Shown here: positions 39,211 through 49,000 of the stretch, in pieces | How positions within the stretch are numbered: the stretch's first letter is position 1 | Layout: each line of letters begins with the position of its first letter | Assembly: GCA_963818475.1 (NCBI GenBank) | Contig: CAWFSF010000006.1 | Coordinates: 768,001-832,000 of the forward strand | Source: Nitrospirota bacterium | Lineage (GTDB): Bacteria; Nitrospirota; UBA9217 | Direction of reading: 5' to 3' | DNA: 64,000 nucleotides | The notes under the pieces: generated by a model | Told to the model about the DNA's origin: nothing | Seen by the model: only the letters and a program-made list of their open reading frames with translations | Database searches by the model: none | Made by a program: the position numbers and the translations under genes

Positions 39211-40983
39211 CTGCCCTCCATCGTCAAAATACTCCCCGACCTCCTGGTCAACAAGATCGCAGCCGGTGAGGTCGTCGAACGTCCGGCGTCGGTCGTCAAG
39301 GAACTGATCGAAAACTCCCTGGATGCCGGAGCGTCCGATATCTCGGTGGACATCGAACAGTCCGGCAAACGGCTGATTCGCATCATTGATAACGGCAGCG
39401 GCATGTCGAAGGACGATGCCCAGGCCGCATTTCTGCGTCACGCAACGAGCAAAATATCGACTGAGGCTGATCTTGAGGCTATCATGACCATGGGTTTTCG
39501 CGGAGAGGCCCTGGCAAGCATAGCTTCCGTGTCGCAGGTACGCCTGCAAAGCTGTCTGCGTGGCGCCCCGTCCGGCGTGGTAGTCGATATCGAAGGCGGC
39601 GCCATGAGGAGCGTGTCGGATGCCGCAGTGCCGCAGGGAACATCGCTTGAGATCGCCCACCTTTTTTACAATACGCCTGCCAGGCTCAAGTTCCTGAAAA
39701 GCCCGGCAACGGAGTTTTCCCATATCATTTCCACGGTGTCGCACCTTTCACTGGCCCATCCTGAGATCAGGTTCCGCCTGACGCACAATAAAAAGCCGGT
39801 TCTTGACCTGCCAACAGCCTCGAATCTGAAAGAACGGGTGTTCCAGATATACGGTGATGAGATCGCTGAAAATCTGGTCTCGTTCTCCGGCGGAAGAGAC
39901 AGCGTTGTTGTGGCCGGTCTGCTGAGCCGTCCCGCTTACACCCGTGCTGACCGCACCTATCAGGATTTTTTTGTGAACGGACGGTATATCAAGAATGCGT
40001 CCCTGACGCATGCGCTCTACAGCGCCTATAGCGACATGCTCTTGCGGGACCGGCACCCGCTCGGATTTATTTTTCTGCAAATAGACCCCTCGCTCGTTGA
40101 TGTGAATGTTCACCCCGCCAAGTCCGAGGTCAGATTCCGCAATCAATCGCAGATCCATGACCTGGTGCGTGACGTGGTCAGGGAAGGACTGAGGGGAGCG
40201 GGGATGTCGGCAGGAGCCAGTTCTTCTGCACATGCCGACGGCGTGAGAGAGGCGATTGGAAATTATCTTCAGAATGCGGAATTCGAAATGCGGAATGCGG
40301 ATTACACATCAGAGCAGGGAAGGTTTACGTCATCATCCCTATTTTTGCACTCAAACCCTCCTTCAAAGGAGGATCAGGCTAATTCCGAATTCCGCATTCC
40401 GCATTCCGAATTGCTCTTCCCCCTCGCCCAGGTCCATGATTCCTTTATCATCGCCCAGTCACGGGAGGGGATGGCGATCATCGACCAGCATGCTGCCCAT
40501 GAACGGGTATTGTTCGAAAAACTGCAGGACCAATACGATGCAGGGTCTCAGCTCGGACAGCATCTGCTTATTCCGGTGCAGGTGGAGCTGGGTACGGCGG
40601 AGCAGGCAGAGATCGCTGAACATCTTTCAGAGTTGGATCGTCTCGGTTTTGCTGTTGAGGATTACGGCAACGGCACCTTCATGATCAAGACCGTACCGTC
40701 GCTCCTTGCAGGCGCTGATCCCAAGCAGCTGTTCCTGGATATTCTGGATGAACTCCGGGCACTGGGTCACAGCAGGCAGATGGACAGGCTCCGGGATGCC
40801 CTGTTGAGCGTCATGGCGTGCCACCCGGCGATCAAGGTGAACCGCCATCTGGACCGTCGTGAAATGGAAGTTCTCATGGCCGACCTGTTCAAATGCCGCA
40901 TGCCCCATACCTGTCCCCATGGCAGGCCGACGATCGTGCGTTTTTCGATGGATGAGATCAAAAAAATGTTCAAGCGCCTGTAA
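39211..40983 (+). CDS. mutL: DNA mismatch repair endonuclease MutL
   Basis: In-frame N-terminus KILPDLLVNKIAAGEVVERPASVVKELIENSLDAGA upstream of the ORF-track start, RHATSKI, GFRGEALASI, DVNVHPAK, DQHAAHER, ACH, CPHGRP. Confidence 0.96.
   Translation: MPSIVKILPDLLVNKIAAGEVVERPASVVKELIENSLDAGASDISVDIEQSGKRLIRIIDNGSGMSKDDAQAAFLRHATSKISTEADLEAIMTMGFRGEALASIASVSQVRLQSCLRGAPSGVVVDIEGGAMRSVSDAAVPQGTSLEIAHLFYNTPARLKFLKSPATEFSHIISTVSHLSLAHPEIRFRLTHNKKPVLDLPTASNLKERVFQIYGDEIAENLVSFSGGRDSVVVAGLLSRPAYTRADRTYQDFFVNGRYIKNASLTHALYSAYSDMLLRDRHPLGFIFLQIDPSLVDVNVHPAKSEVRFRNQSQIHDLVRDVVREGLRGAGMSAGASSSAHADGVREAIGNYLQNAEFEMRNADYTSEQGRFTSSSLFLHSNPPSKEDQANSEFRIPHSELLFPLAQVHDSFIIAQSREGMAIIDQHAAHERVLFEKLQDQYDAGSQLGQHLLIPVQVELGTAEQAEIAEHLSELDRLGFAVEDYGNGTFMIKTVPSLLAGADPKQLFLDILDELRALGHSRQMDRLRDALLSVMACHPAIKVNRHLDRREMEVLMADLFKCRMPHTCPHGRPTIVRFSMDEIKKMFKRL
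40273..40412. repeat. Heptamer inverted-repeat element in frame inside the mutL linker
   Basis: Left arm AATGCGGAATTCGAAATGCGGAATGCGGATT (NAEFEMRNAD), right arm AATTCCGAATTCCGCATTCCGCATTCCGAATT (NSEFRIPHSE). Same family as 29859-29947. Confidence 0.8.
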
Positions 40984-41018
40984 CAACAGGCCTCATGTAT
41001 AGAAAGGACCCGTATATT

Positions 41019-41774
41019 ATGGAATGGCTCACCAACCCTGAAGCCTGGATCGCGCTCCTGACGCTGACCGCGCTCGAGATCGTGCTCGGCATCGACAACA
41101 TCATCTTCATCTCCATCCTGGTCGGCAGGCTGCCCCGCGAGAAGCGTGACAAGGCGCGCGTTCTGGGACTGGGGCTGGCCATGGTAACCAGAATCATGCT
41201 GTTGCTCTCCATTACCTGGGTCATGCGGCTGACCACGCCGTTCTTCAGCGTTCTCGGCCGGGACATCTCCGGCAGGGACCTGATCCTGATCATCGGCGGG
41301 CTTTTTCTTCTCTGGAAGAGCACTATGGAGATCCATGAAAGCCTGGAAGGAGAGGAGGAGACCAGGACAGCAAAAGCGGCCGCAGGTTTCATGGCGATTC
41401 TGGCCCAGATCGCGGTCCTGGACATTGTTTTTTCCCTCGACTCGGTGATCACTGCTGTGGGTCTTGCGAAGGATGTCATGGTGATGGTCCTCGCGATCAT
41501 GACCGCCGTGGTCGTGATGATGTTCGCTTCACGCAGCATCGGCGAATTCGTCGACCGCCACCCGACCATCAAGGTACTGGCGCTGAGCTTCCTTGTGATG
41601 ATCGGCGTAACCCTGATCATTGAAGGTTTCGGCCTGCATATTCCCAAGGGATATATTTACTTTGCCATGGCATTCTCGGTTACGGTGGAAATGCTGAACA
41701 TCAGAATGAGGAAAAAAGCGGTCCATCCGGTCAAGCTCCATAAAGCGATCGGCGATGGAGACAGCACGGAGTGA
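41019..41774 (+). CDS. TerC family integral membrane protein
   Basis: LTLTALEIVLGIDNIIFI, GRDLILIIGGLFL, DIVFSLDSVITAVG, KGYIYFAMAFS. Confidence 0.93.
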   Translation: MEWLTNPEAWIALLTLTALEIVLGIDNIIFISILVGRLPREKRDKARVLGLGLAMVTRIMLLLSITWVMRLTTPFFSVLGRDISGRDLILIIGGLFLLWKSTMEIHESLEGEEETRTAKAAAGFMAILAQIAVLDIVFSLDSVITAVGLAKDVMVMVLAIMTAVVVMMFASRSIGEFVDRHPTIKVLALSFLVMIGVTLIIEGFGLHIPKGYIYFAMAFSVTVEMLNIRMRKKAVHPVKLHKAIGDGDSTE

Positions 41775-42218
41775 TTTACCGGGGAGAGAACGTTGACGCA
41801 GGGCGAAGGGGCCGGCATTCCCTGATCGTTTCATGCATGATCTCGCTGGCGATGATCGGTATCGGATGCGCGTCCAGCCTCACCCGGGAGGAACTTCTGG
41901 GAAAGATGTCATCCGGCGCGCAACATGCTCATTATCGATGTCCGGTCGCAGGCGGAATACGACCGCGACCATTTGCCCGGCGCTGTGCATATCCCTTTTT
42001 ACGCCATACGCTCAGGACTGGGCGGTCTCGGTCAAACAAAAACCAATCCGCTGGTTCTGTACTGTGAGCACGGGCCCCGGGCCAGCATCGCCGCTCTGAC
42101 GCTCTCCCTTTCGGGCTACAAGTCGATTTATTCGCTCGAAGGACATATGAAAGGCTGGAGGAAGAGCGCCTTCCCGATCGAGATCATTTCTTATGGATCC
42201 CCAACGAACCAACACTAA
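41771..42218 (+). CDS. Rhodanese-like domain lipoprotein (frameshift near 41920)
   Basis: Lipobox-like IGIGC in the first ORF, then IIDVRS..EY..DHLPGAVHIP..VLYCEHGPRA..LEGHMKGW. Confidence 0.75.
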
Positions 42219-43153
42219 ACCGATACTCATCATTGCCGGTCCGACGGCCGTGGGCAAGACCGACGCATCGATCCTGCTTGCCCGGGAGCTCGGCGCGGAG
42301 ATCGTGAGCGCCGATTCCATGCAGATCTACCGGGGGATGGACATCGGTACGGCCAAGCCGACGAAAGAACAGCGTCGTCTTGTGTACCACCATATGATCG
42401 ACATTGTTGAACCGGACCAGCCCTACAGTGTCGGCGACTATCTCCGTGATGCGCGGACGGCGCTGGACGGCATTCTTGCCTCTGAAGGCACGCCGATCGT
42501 GGTCGGCGGGTCGGGTTTGTATATTCGTGCATTGATGCGGGGGCTTTTTCATGGGCCGCCGGCGGACCTGGCACTGCGTGAGCAGCTGCTCAAACGCGAG
42601 GCAGAGGGCGAGAGCGGCATCCTCTATTCCGACCTGGTGAAGGTGGACCCCGAGGCAGCCGTCAAAATTCACCCCAACGACCTGCGGCGTACGATCAGGG
42701 CGCTGGAGGTCTATTACCTCCGGGACCGGAAACTTTCAGACGTTCCAGGAAGAGCACGCGTTTCAGGACAAACCATACCGGTTCCGGCTGCTCTTCCTGG
42801 TCAGGAACAGGGCGGAGCTCTACGCCAGGATCGAGCAGCGCGTCGACCAGATGCTGGCCGATGGGCTGGAGGCTGAGATCAAGACCCTGATGGAACGAGG
42901 GTATCGTCCCGATCTCATTGCCATGCAGGGACTGGGATACAAACAACTTATGGAGCATTTTCTCGGCAACATGCCGCGCGAAGAGACGATCACGCTCCTG
43001 AAACGTGATACGAGGCGGTATGCCAAGCGACAGTTCACCTGGTTCCGCCGGGAACCCGATGCCTGCTGGGTGGATATAACCGGCGTCACCGAACCAGAGG
43101 AAATTGCCGTCAGAATAAAGAAAAACATTGAAATTTCAAATGAGCTGGTATAA
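42193..43153 (+). CDS. miaA: tRNA dimethylallyltransferase (frameshift near 42745)
   Basis: [64 protein letters not shown]. Confidence 0.95.
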
Positions 43154-43230
43154 GATGACCAAAAATATTGTGTGCAGTGATATGGCTTGTAACAGTCGCT
43201 GCTTTGTTCTCATGCTTCACGGAGGGATGG

Positions 43231-43495
43231 ATGGGAAAGTCACAGGTAAATCTTCAGGACATTTTCTTGAACCAGATGCGCAAGGAAAAGATCCCGGTGA
43301 CGATGTATCTCGTGAACGGCGCGCGCCTCACGGGTACGATCAAGGGCTTCGACAACTTCGTGATCCTCATGAAGCAGGAAAACCAGCAGTTGGTGTACAA
43401 GCATGCCATATCCACGATCATTCCCGAGAAGCCGGTGGAACTGCTCGACAGCATGGAAGCCGAAAGAAGCAGAACAGGGTGCGGTCGAGGCGTAG
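43231..43495 (+). CDS. hfq: RNA chaperone Hfq (C-terminal end uncertain; the ORF as given runs to 43590)
   Basis: [44 protein letters not shown]. Directly after miaA, with a GGAGG RBS. Confidence 0.95.
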
Positions 43496-43613
43496 TTCTG
43501 CCTGCCGATCTCACGGAAGGGTGTTGCGGTCTGACGCGCAGGCCCTTCAGTTCGCTGAGGATCGCCGCATTTCGCAGCACGATCTGTTAAACAAGCTCAG
43601 ATGGAGTAGAAGA

Positions 43614-44545
43614 ATGGAATCAGTCAGCATCGGCGTGATCGGCGGCAGTGGTTTATACGAGATGGAAGGGCTGACGCGGGTAACGTCCGTGAAGGTGACA
43701 ACGCCCTTTGGCAAAACCTCCGATGACTTCATCATCGGCACGCTGCATGGCAGACGGGTGGCATTCCTGCCGCGCCATGGCCGCGGACACCGGCTGCTCC
43801 CGACGGACATAAACTACCGGGCGAACATCTACGGCATGAAGAAGCTCGGCGTTCAGCGGATCATCTCGGTGAGCGCCGTGGGCAGCATGAAGGAAAAGAT
43901 CAAGCCCGGTGACATCGTTATTCCCGGACAGTTCTACGATCATGACCAAACACCGGCGGAGCACCTTTTTCGGAAACGGAGTCGTGGCGCATGTGGGCAT
44001 GGCCGAACCGGTTTGCGCCGACCTGGGCAAGGTCCTTATTGCATGCAGGAAAGAAGGTAGGGGCCAGGGTCCACCGGAGCGGGACCTATATCTGCATGGA
44101 GGGGCCGCAGTTCTCGACCCGTGCCGAGTCGCTTACCTACCGGAAATGGGACGTTGATGTGATCGGCATGACGAATGCCACCGAGGCGAAGCTGGCGCGC
44201 GAGGCGGAGATCTGTTACAGCACCATTGCGCTGGCCACGGACTATGATTGCTGGCACCACAGCGAGGAGGCGGTGACCGTGGAAGCCGTGCTTGCCGTGA
44301 TGAAGCATAACATCGAAACGTCCAAGGCAATGATCCGGGAGGCCGTGAAGATGCTGCCCACGGAACGGACCTGCGGCTGCGGCGAAGCGCTCAGGAATAC
44401 GATCATGACGCCGGAAAAACTGATCCCGGCGAAGACCAAGAAGGATCTTGCGCCTGATCATCGGGAAGTATCTGAAGAAGATAGTACCGTGCACAGGTCA
44501 TATCTTCCTTATCGGTCAGAATACTGTCTGGAGGTCATTTCGTGA
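43614..44545 (+). CDS. mtnP: S-methyl-5'-thioadenosine phosphorylase (several frameshifts; 3' end approximate)
   Basis: [71 protein letters not shown]. Confidence 0.92.
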
Positions 44546-45451
44546 GTCTGCTTGTTGTCGGCACGGTCGCACTGGATTCGGTAAAAACTCCTTTCGGAAA
44601 TGTTGATAATGCTCTCGGCGGTTCAGCCACGTATTTTTCCACTTCAGCCAGCTATTTTACCGACGTCCGGCTTGTTGCCGTCATCGGAGAGGACTTTCCC
44701 AAGGAGCACATCCAGTTCCTGAAAAGCAAAAGCATCGACACCCGCGGCCTTGAGGTCCAGAAGGGCGAGACCTTTCGCTGGAAGGGCGAGTATGGTTATG
44801 ATCTGAACGAAGCCCATACCCTGGCCACGCACTTGAATGTGCTGGCGACCTTCAAACCGAGCATCATCTGACGATTACAAGAATTCCGATGTCGTTTTTC
44901 TGGCGAACGTGGACCCGGAGATCCAGCTCGATGTTCTGAAGCAGGTAAAGAAACCGAAGCTGGTCGCGTGCGACACCATGAACTACTGGATCTCAAGCAA
45001 GCTTGAGGCACTGAAACGGACGCTCAAGGAAGTTGATCTGCTCACCATCAACGAGGCCGAGCTCAGGCAGCTGGCGGGCGAAGCAAGCCTGGTAAAGGCA
45101 GCCAAGAGCGTGCAGGCCATGGGGCCGAAGACGATCGTTGTCAAGCAGGGGAGCTACGGCGCCATCATGTTCAGCGGTAACAGCGTTTTCAGCGCACCGG
45201 CCTATCCGCTCGAAACCGTATTCGACCCCACCGGGGCGGGTGATACCTTCGCGGGCGGTTTCATGGGATATCTGGCGAGCACCATGAACTTTTCCGAGGA
45301 CAGCATGCGCAAGGCCGTTATCTTCGGCAGCGTCATGGCTTCGTTGAACGTTGAGGCGTTCAGTCTTGACCGTCTTCGCAGCCTGGATTATAAAGAGATC
45401 GAAGGACGATACCGTGAATTCAAGCAGCTGACGCATTTTGAGAATATTTGA
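44542..45451 (+). CDS. PfkB family carbohydrate/nucleoside kinase (frameshift near 44865)
   Basis: VVGTVALDS, LGGSATY, DTMNYWI, VVKQG, DPTGAGDTFAGG. Confidence 0.92.
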
Positions 45452-45494
45452 TCAGAACGTTCACTCGTTCTGATCGGGTGAATACTCGATAACT

Positions 45495-46551
45495 ATGTTT
45501 ACCACTGATCCAACCATTGTTGATCTGAAAATCAAGGAAAGGAACCTGTACAAGGCGATCTTTTCCATGAATTTTCACCAGGTCGCAACTCCGGAACTTG
45601 GCGTTGATGAAGCGCGGTGTTATATGTTCTTTTTCCGTGAAGGGGAAAAATTATCGGCATATATTGTGCTCTATATGCCGAGCACCGAACGTCGACTATT
45701 CTATACCTATTCATCCAATCCTTTTCCCGAAGCAGACTTGCCCATGGTGGAAGAGATCGCCCGTGCATTCGGCGAGGAAATGGGCTTTTTTCTTGACGAA
45801 AAATCATTTACGTCCTCGTCGGTCGCGGAAAAGAACCTGTGGATCGATGAGCAGCCCCTATTCGGATTTAAGACCCCGGAGGAGCGTGAGGACGCTGCCC
45901 GGACGGAAGAAACCGCAGCGGAACCTGCTGCACAAACGCCACCACCGACAGCTCCCGTTAAAGAGGGCGCGGACACTATTACAGCGCCAGCACCACCTGT
46001 TGCCCAGCAGATTCCATTAGCGACGGAGTACCAACCAGCACCGGCAGCTCCATCACCACCTGCTCCCCCGTCGCCACCTGCAGCTCCGGAGTACAACCAG
46101 CCGGCACCGCCGTTACCGACATCGCAGCCGATGCCGGTAACGGTATACCAGCAAGTGCCGTCACCACCTGCTCCTCCGGCACCACCTGCAGCTCCGGTAT
46201 ACTATCAGCCTGTTCCACCACCAGCACCGGCTGCCCCGCAAACACCTCCTCAGCCGGTGTATAGTAAAGAGATAGAGATAGAACCTCAGGTTGAGATCGA
46301 GGAAGAGGTTAATGCTCGTCCTCCGCGTCAAAAGAGCACTGCTGTGCCGCATTCCTCAACGGAAAGAGCGAAAACAGCAGGAGCAGCACCGCGGGCAGCG
46401 CGACCGCTCCGATCGAACCCTCACGAAGAAGAATACCAATGCAGCACAGAAGACCCCAGCGCCGAAACAGCAGATTAAAAAGGAAACACGCGGCGTCGGT
46501 GTCGTGGGCCGTGAATTGGAAGCGCTTGCACGGTTGATGGCATCGTTTTGA
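45495..46551 (+). CDS. Hypothetical protein with a globular N-terminal domain, Pro-rich linker and ALARLMASF C-terminus (frameshift near 46400)
   Basis: N-terminal domain ..AIFSMN..F.EEMGFFLD, repeated PPAPPAAP..YQ units, and an alternate-frame C-terminus ELEALARLMASF. Upstream of a TPR lipoprotein. Confidence 0.7.
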
Positions 46552-46567
46552 AAGGAGTCCGTTTTTT

Positions 46568-47311
46568 ATGAGACTGTTCGCGTTCGTTCTTGTTCTGTTC
46601 CTGACAGCCTGTGCTACCGCACAGGTCAGCAATGTGGACAATATAAAGATGGCCGAGGGATACTATATGAAGGGAGTTTCATACCTTCAGAAGAAGAACT
46701 ATGAGCTGGCCCTGGTTGAATTCCAGCGTTCTATCCAGACGGACAAAAAGAATAAAAATGCCTATTTCGCGCTCGGCAGCGTCAATGAAACCATGGGTAA
46801 GTTTGCAGACGCAGTGCGGTATTATGAGGAAGCACTCGATATCGATCCTGACTACTCAGAGGCGTATAACGCGCTGGGCGTCGTCTATTCCAGGCAGGAG
46901 CGCTGGAATGATGCGCTCAAATCGTTCAACAAGGCGCTCGAGAACAAACTGTATACGACTCCCCATATTGCTTACTACAATATTGCGCACGTATATATGG
47001 CACAAAGGAACTATGGAAAAGCAATCGAGGCATACCGTGAATCGAAACGGTTCGCTAACTATGATCAGACCATCTATGAACTGGGAACAGCCCTGTTCGA
47101 TGCGGGAAAAGTGAAGGAAGCGATCAGCGAGTTCCAGGAAGGCGTAGCGTTATCGCCGAGCAACGCCTCTATCAGGTATGGACTGGCGCTGGCGCTGTTG
47201 AAGGACGGCAGTAAAAAAGCGGCGCTTGCTGAGTTTAAAAAGACGACAGAGCTTGCCCCAAAAAGTGAACTTGCTAAAAAGGCGAGCGATTACATAACGA
47301 CCCTGAGGTGA
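46568..47311 (+). CDS. TPR lipoprotein, Tgl/PilF/PilW pilotin-like
   Basis: Lipobox LTAC, about six TPR motifs, ALENKLYTTPHIAYYN segment typical of PilF/Tgl. Upstream of rodZ. Confidence 0.8.
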   Translation: MRLFAFVLVLFLTACATAQVSNVDNIKMAEGYYMKGVSYLQKKNYELALVEFQRSIQTDKKNKNAYFALGSVNETMGKFADAVRYYEEALDIDPDYSEAYNALGVVYSRQERWNDALKSFNKALENKLYTTPHIAYYNIAHVYMAQRNYGKAIEAYRESKRFANYDQTIYELGTALFDAGKVKEAISEFQEGVALSPSNASIRYGLALALLKDGSKKAALAEFKKTTELAPKSELAKKASDYITTLR

Positions 47312-47315
47312 TCCG

Positions 47316-48263
47316 GTGGGGACATTAGGACAGTACTTGAGTAGTGCGCGCGAGTTGAAGGGGCTCGATCTGCATGATGCGGCGCAGCAGACCCGCATCA
47401 GCATACAGTATCTTAGAGCGCTGGAACAGGAAGACTTTGCAAAACTGCCGGGTGAGGTTTTTGTCAGGGGCTTTCTGAAAAACTATGCTAAGTTCCTGGG
47501 TCTTCCCGAGGAGGACGTGCTGAAAAAGTACGGTGAGTTGCAGCATGCTGCAGCGGGTGCAACCGTGGCAGCCCCGCCGCCGGTTGCCGCTGAAAAGGCA
47601 CCGGCACCGGTACCGCAGGCTGGGGAAAAGCCTGCAAAAGTATCTCTGGAGCCGTGGCTCTGGGGCACGGCCATATTCATCTCGATCCTCGGCTTTTTGT
47701 TCATGGCCACGCCGGAAAAACAGCCGGAGCCCGTGGCGCCCCTTGAAGAGCATACCGCTGTGCTGCACTCTGATATGACCGGCAGCGCTCCCGGGGCAAA
47801 ACCGGAGAAGCTCTATCTCCAGATCGTTGCCTTGGAGGATGTCTGGCTGCTCGTGAGAACGGATTCAGGGCCGCAGAAGAAAGCGGTTCTGAAAAAAGAC
47901 GAGAACGTTGTCTGGAGCGCTGATGAACGTTTCTTGCTGAGTTATGGAAGCGTCGGCGCCGTGAAACTGCTCCTGAATGGCGAAGAATTGATCGTGACTG
48001 GGCAGAAAAATGAAGTAGTGAGGGACCTCGAGATCACTGCAGCCGGAATCACCAGTGCAAAGGCAGCACCGGTGCCCCCAAGTGTATCAAAGCCCAAGAA
48101 GCAACCGTTGCCCAAGCCAGCAGCGCCTCTGACAGGGCCGGCGACGGGAACTCAGCCAGTGCCGCAACCGCAGGCAGAACCCGCTGTTCCCGCGCCGGCA
48201 CAGCAACCGGTACCGGTGCCAGAAACGCCAACGCCATCTCCGGAGCCGAGTCCTCTGCCGTAA
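47316..48263 (+). CDS. rodZ: RodZ-like protein (HTH + TM + DUF4115)
   Basis: LGQYL..ARE.KG..TRISIQYLRALEQEDF..LPG.VFVRGFLKNYA, one TM helix, periplasmic VWL.V..D..G..GAVKL.LNG. Confidence 0.88.
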   Translation: MGTLGQYLSSARELKGLDLHDAAQQTRISIQYLRALEQEDFAKLPGEVFVRGFLKNYAKFLGLPEEDVLKKYGELQHAAAGATVAAPPPVAAEKAPAPVPQAGEKPAKVSLEPWLWGTAIFISILGFLFMATPEKQPEPVAPLEEHTAVLHSDMTGSAPGAKPEKLYLQIVALEDVWLLVRTDSGPQKKAVLKKDENVVWSADERFLLSYGSVGAVKLLLNGEELIVTGQKNEVVRDLEITAAGITSAKAAPVPPSVSKPKKQPLPKPAAPLTGPATGTQPVPQPQAEPAVPAPAQQPVPVPETPTPSPEPSPLP

Positions 48264-48297
48264 TATCCGCTATTTGCTGAACAGCCTGTTGGGGATT

Positions 48298-48792
48298 TCA
48301 GCGTTTACTTGTTGGACCAGCACCGGGCACAGGCTGTGTGTTCTGATCAGCACAATCCTGGAGCATCAAATTCCTCACATGGTTACCCTTCCAGTATACT
48401 CTTCCGCAGCAAGAACATTGCAGGAACCTGTTGATCCGGTCGTAGACGTAGGAGGGGACCAGATCGCGAACCTCCTGTTTTGCCGTTGATTTCAACGGTT
48501 CATTACACACAGAACAACGGGTGAGGAATGCTGCGGGATCGAGGATAGGCCTGATCGTTTTCAGCACCTGTTCGAGCTGGTCATGCACGTTCTCGCTGCT
48601 GATCAGGAGATGTCGTGCAGCAAGCGGTCTTTTGGACAGGCCGTGGTCCCGCGTAAGGATGACGCGGTCCTGCTCCAGCGAAAGCCTGATGATCTCGTTG
48701 TCCCGGAGTCCTGGGTCGTACAAAACATCGAGACCCATCAACCGCAATCGCTTTGCGAGCTTGCCCAGCATGACGTCGGCGATGAACTTCAT
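48298..48792 (-). CDS. Mut7-C RNase domain protein (PIN-like + Zn ribbon)
   Basis: KFIADVMLGKLAKRLRLMGLD, RVILTRD, TRCSVCN, CSCCGRVYWKGNH. Confidence 0.92.
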   Translation of the reverse strand: MKFIADVMLGKLAKRLRLMGLDVLYDPGLRDNEIIRLSLEQDRVILTRDHGLSKRPLAARHLLISSENVHDQLEQVLKTIRPILDPAAFLTRCSVCNEPLKSTAKQEVRDLVPSYVYDRINRFLQCSCCGRVYWKGNHVRNLMLQDCADQNTQPVPGAGPTSKR

Positions 48793-48824
48793 AAGAAACA
48801 ACCTCAACATCCAAAAAACGGTGG

Positions 48825-48971
48825 TTGGACGCAGATGAACGCAGATTCCCGCAGATAAAACCTGGCATTCAGAATAAAAGTATTTTTAGCACAGCGGCGA
48901 GTTTTTATTCGAATCGTAAGATTTTTATTATCTGTATTTATCAGCGTTTATCAGATTTTATCTGCGTCCAA
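48825..48971. repeat. Nonamer-periodic inverted-repeat element (CGCAGAT family), copy 2
   Basis: TIR TTGGACGCAGAT / ATCTGCGTCCAA. 3x CGCAGAT followed by AAAA..GGCATTCAG, as in 17081-17253. Confidence 0.8.
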
Positions 48972-49000
48972 AGGTTCTTCCCCCAGGCATCCACCTGCGG

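Noticed and set aside
6419-39404. Long antisense ORFs (e.g. 6419-7861, 22064-23416, 32454-34106, 34605-35789, 38100-39404)
   Set aside because: They are shadows of well-supported plus-strand genes in GC-rich DNA and have no recognisable motifs.
43128-44060. 310-aa ORF apparently extending mtnP across hfq
   Set aside because: Chance open frame overlapping hfq. The real mtnP starts at 43614 ([13 protein letters not shown]).
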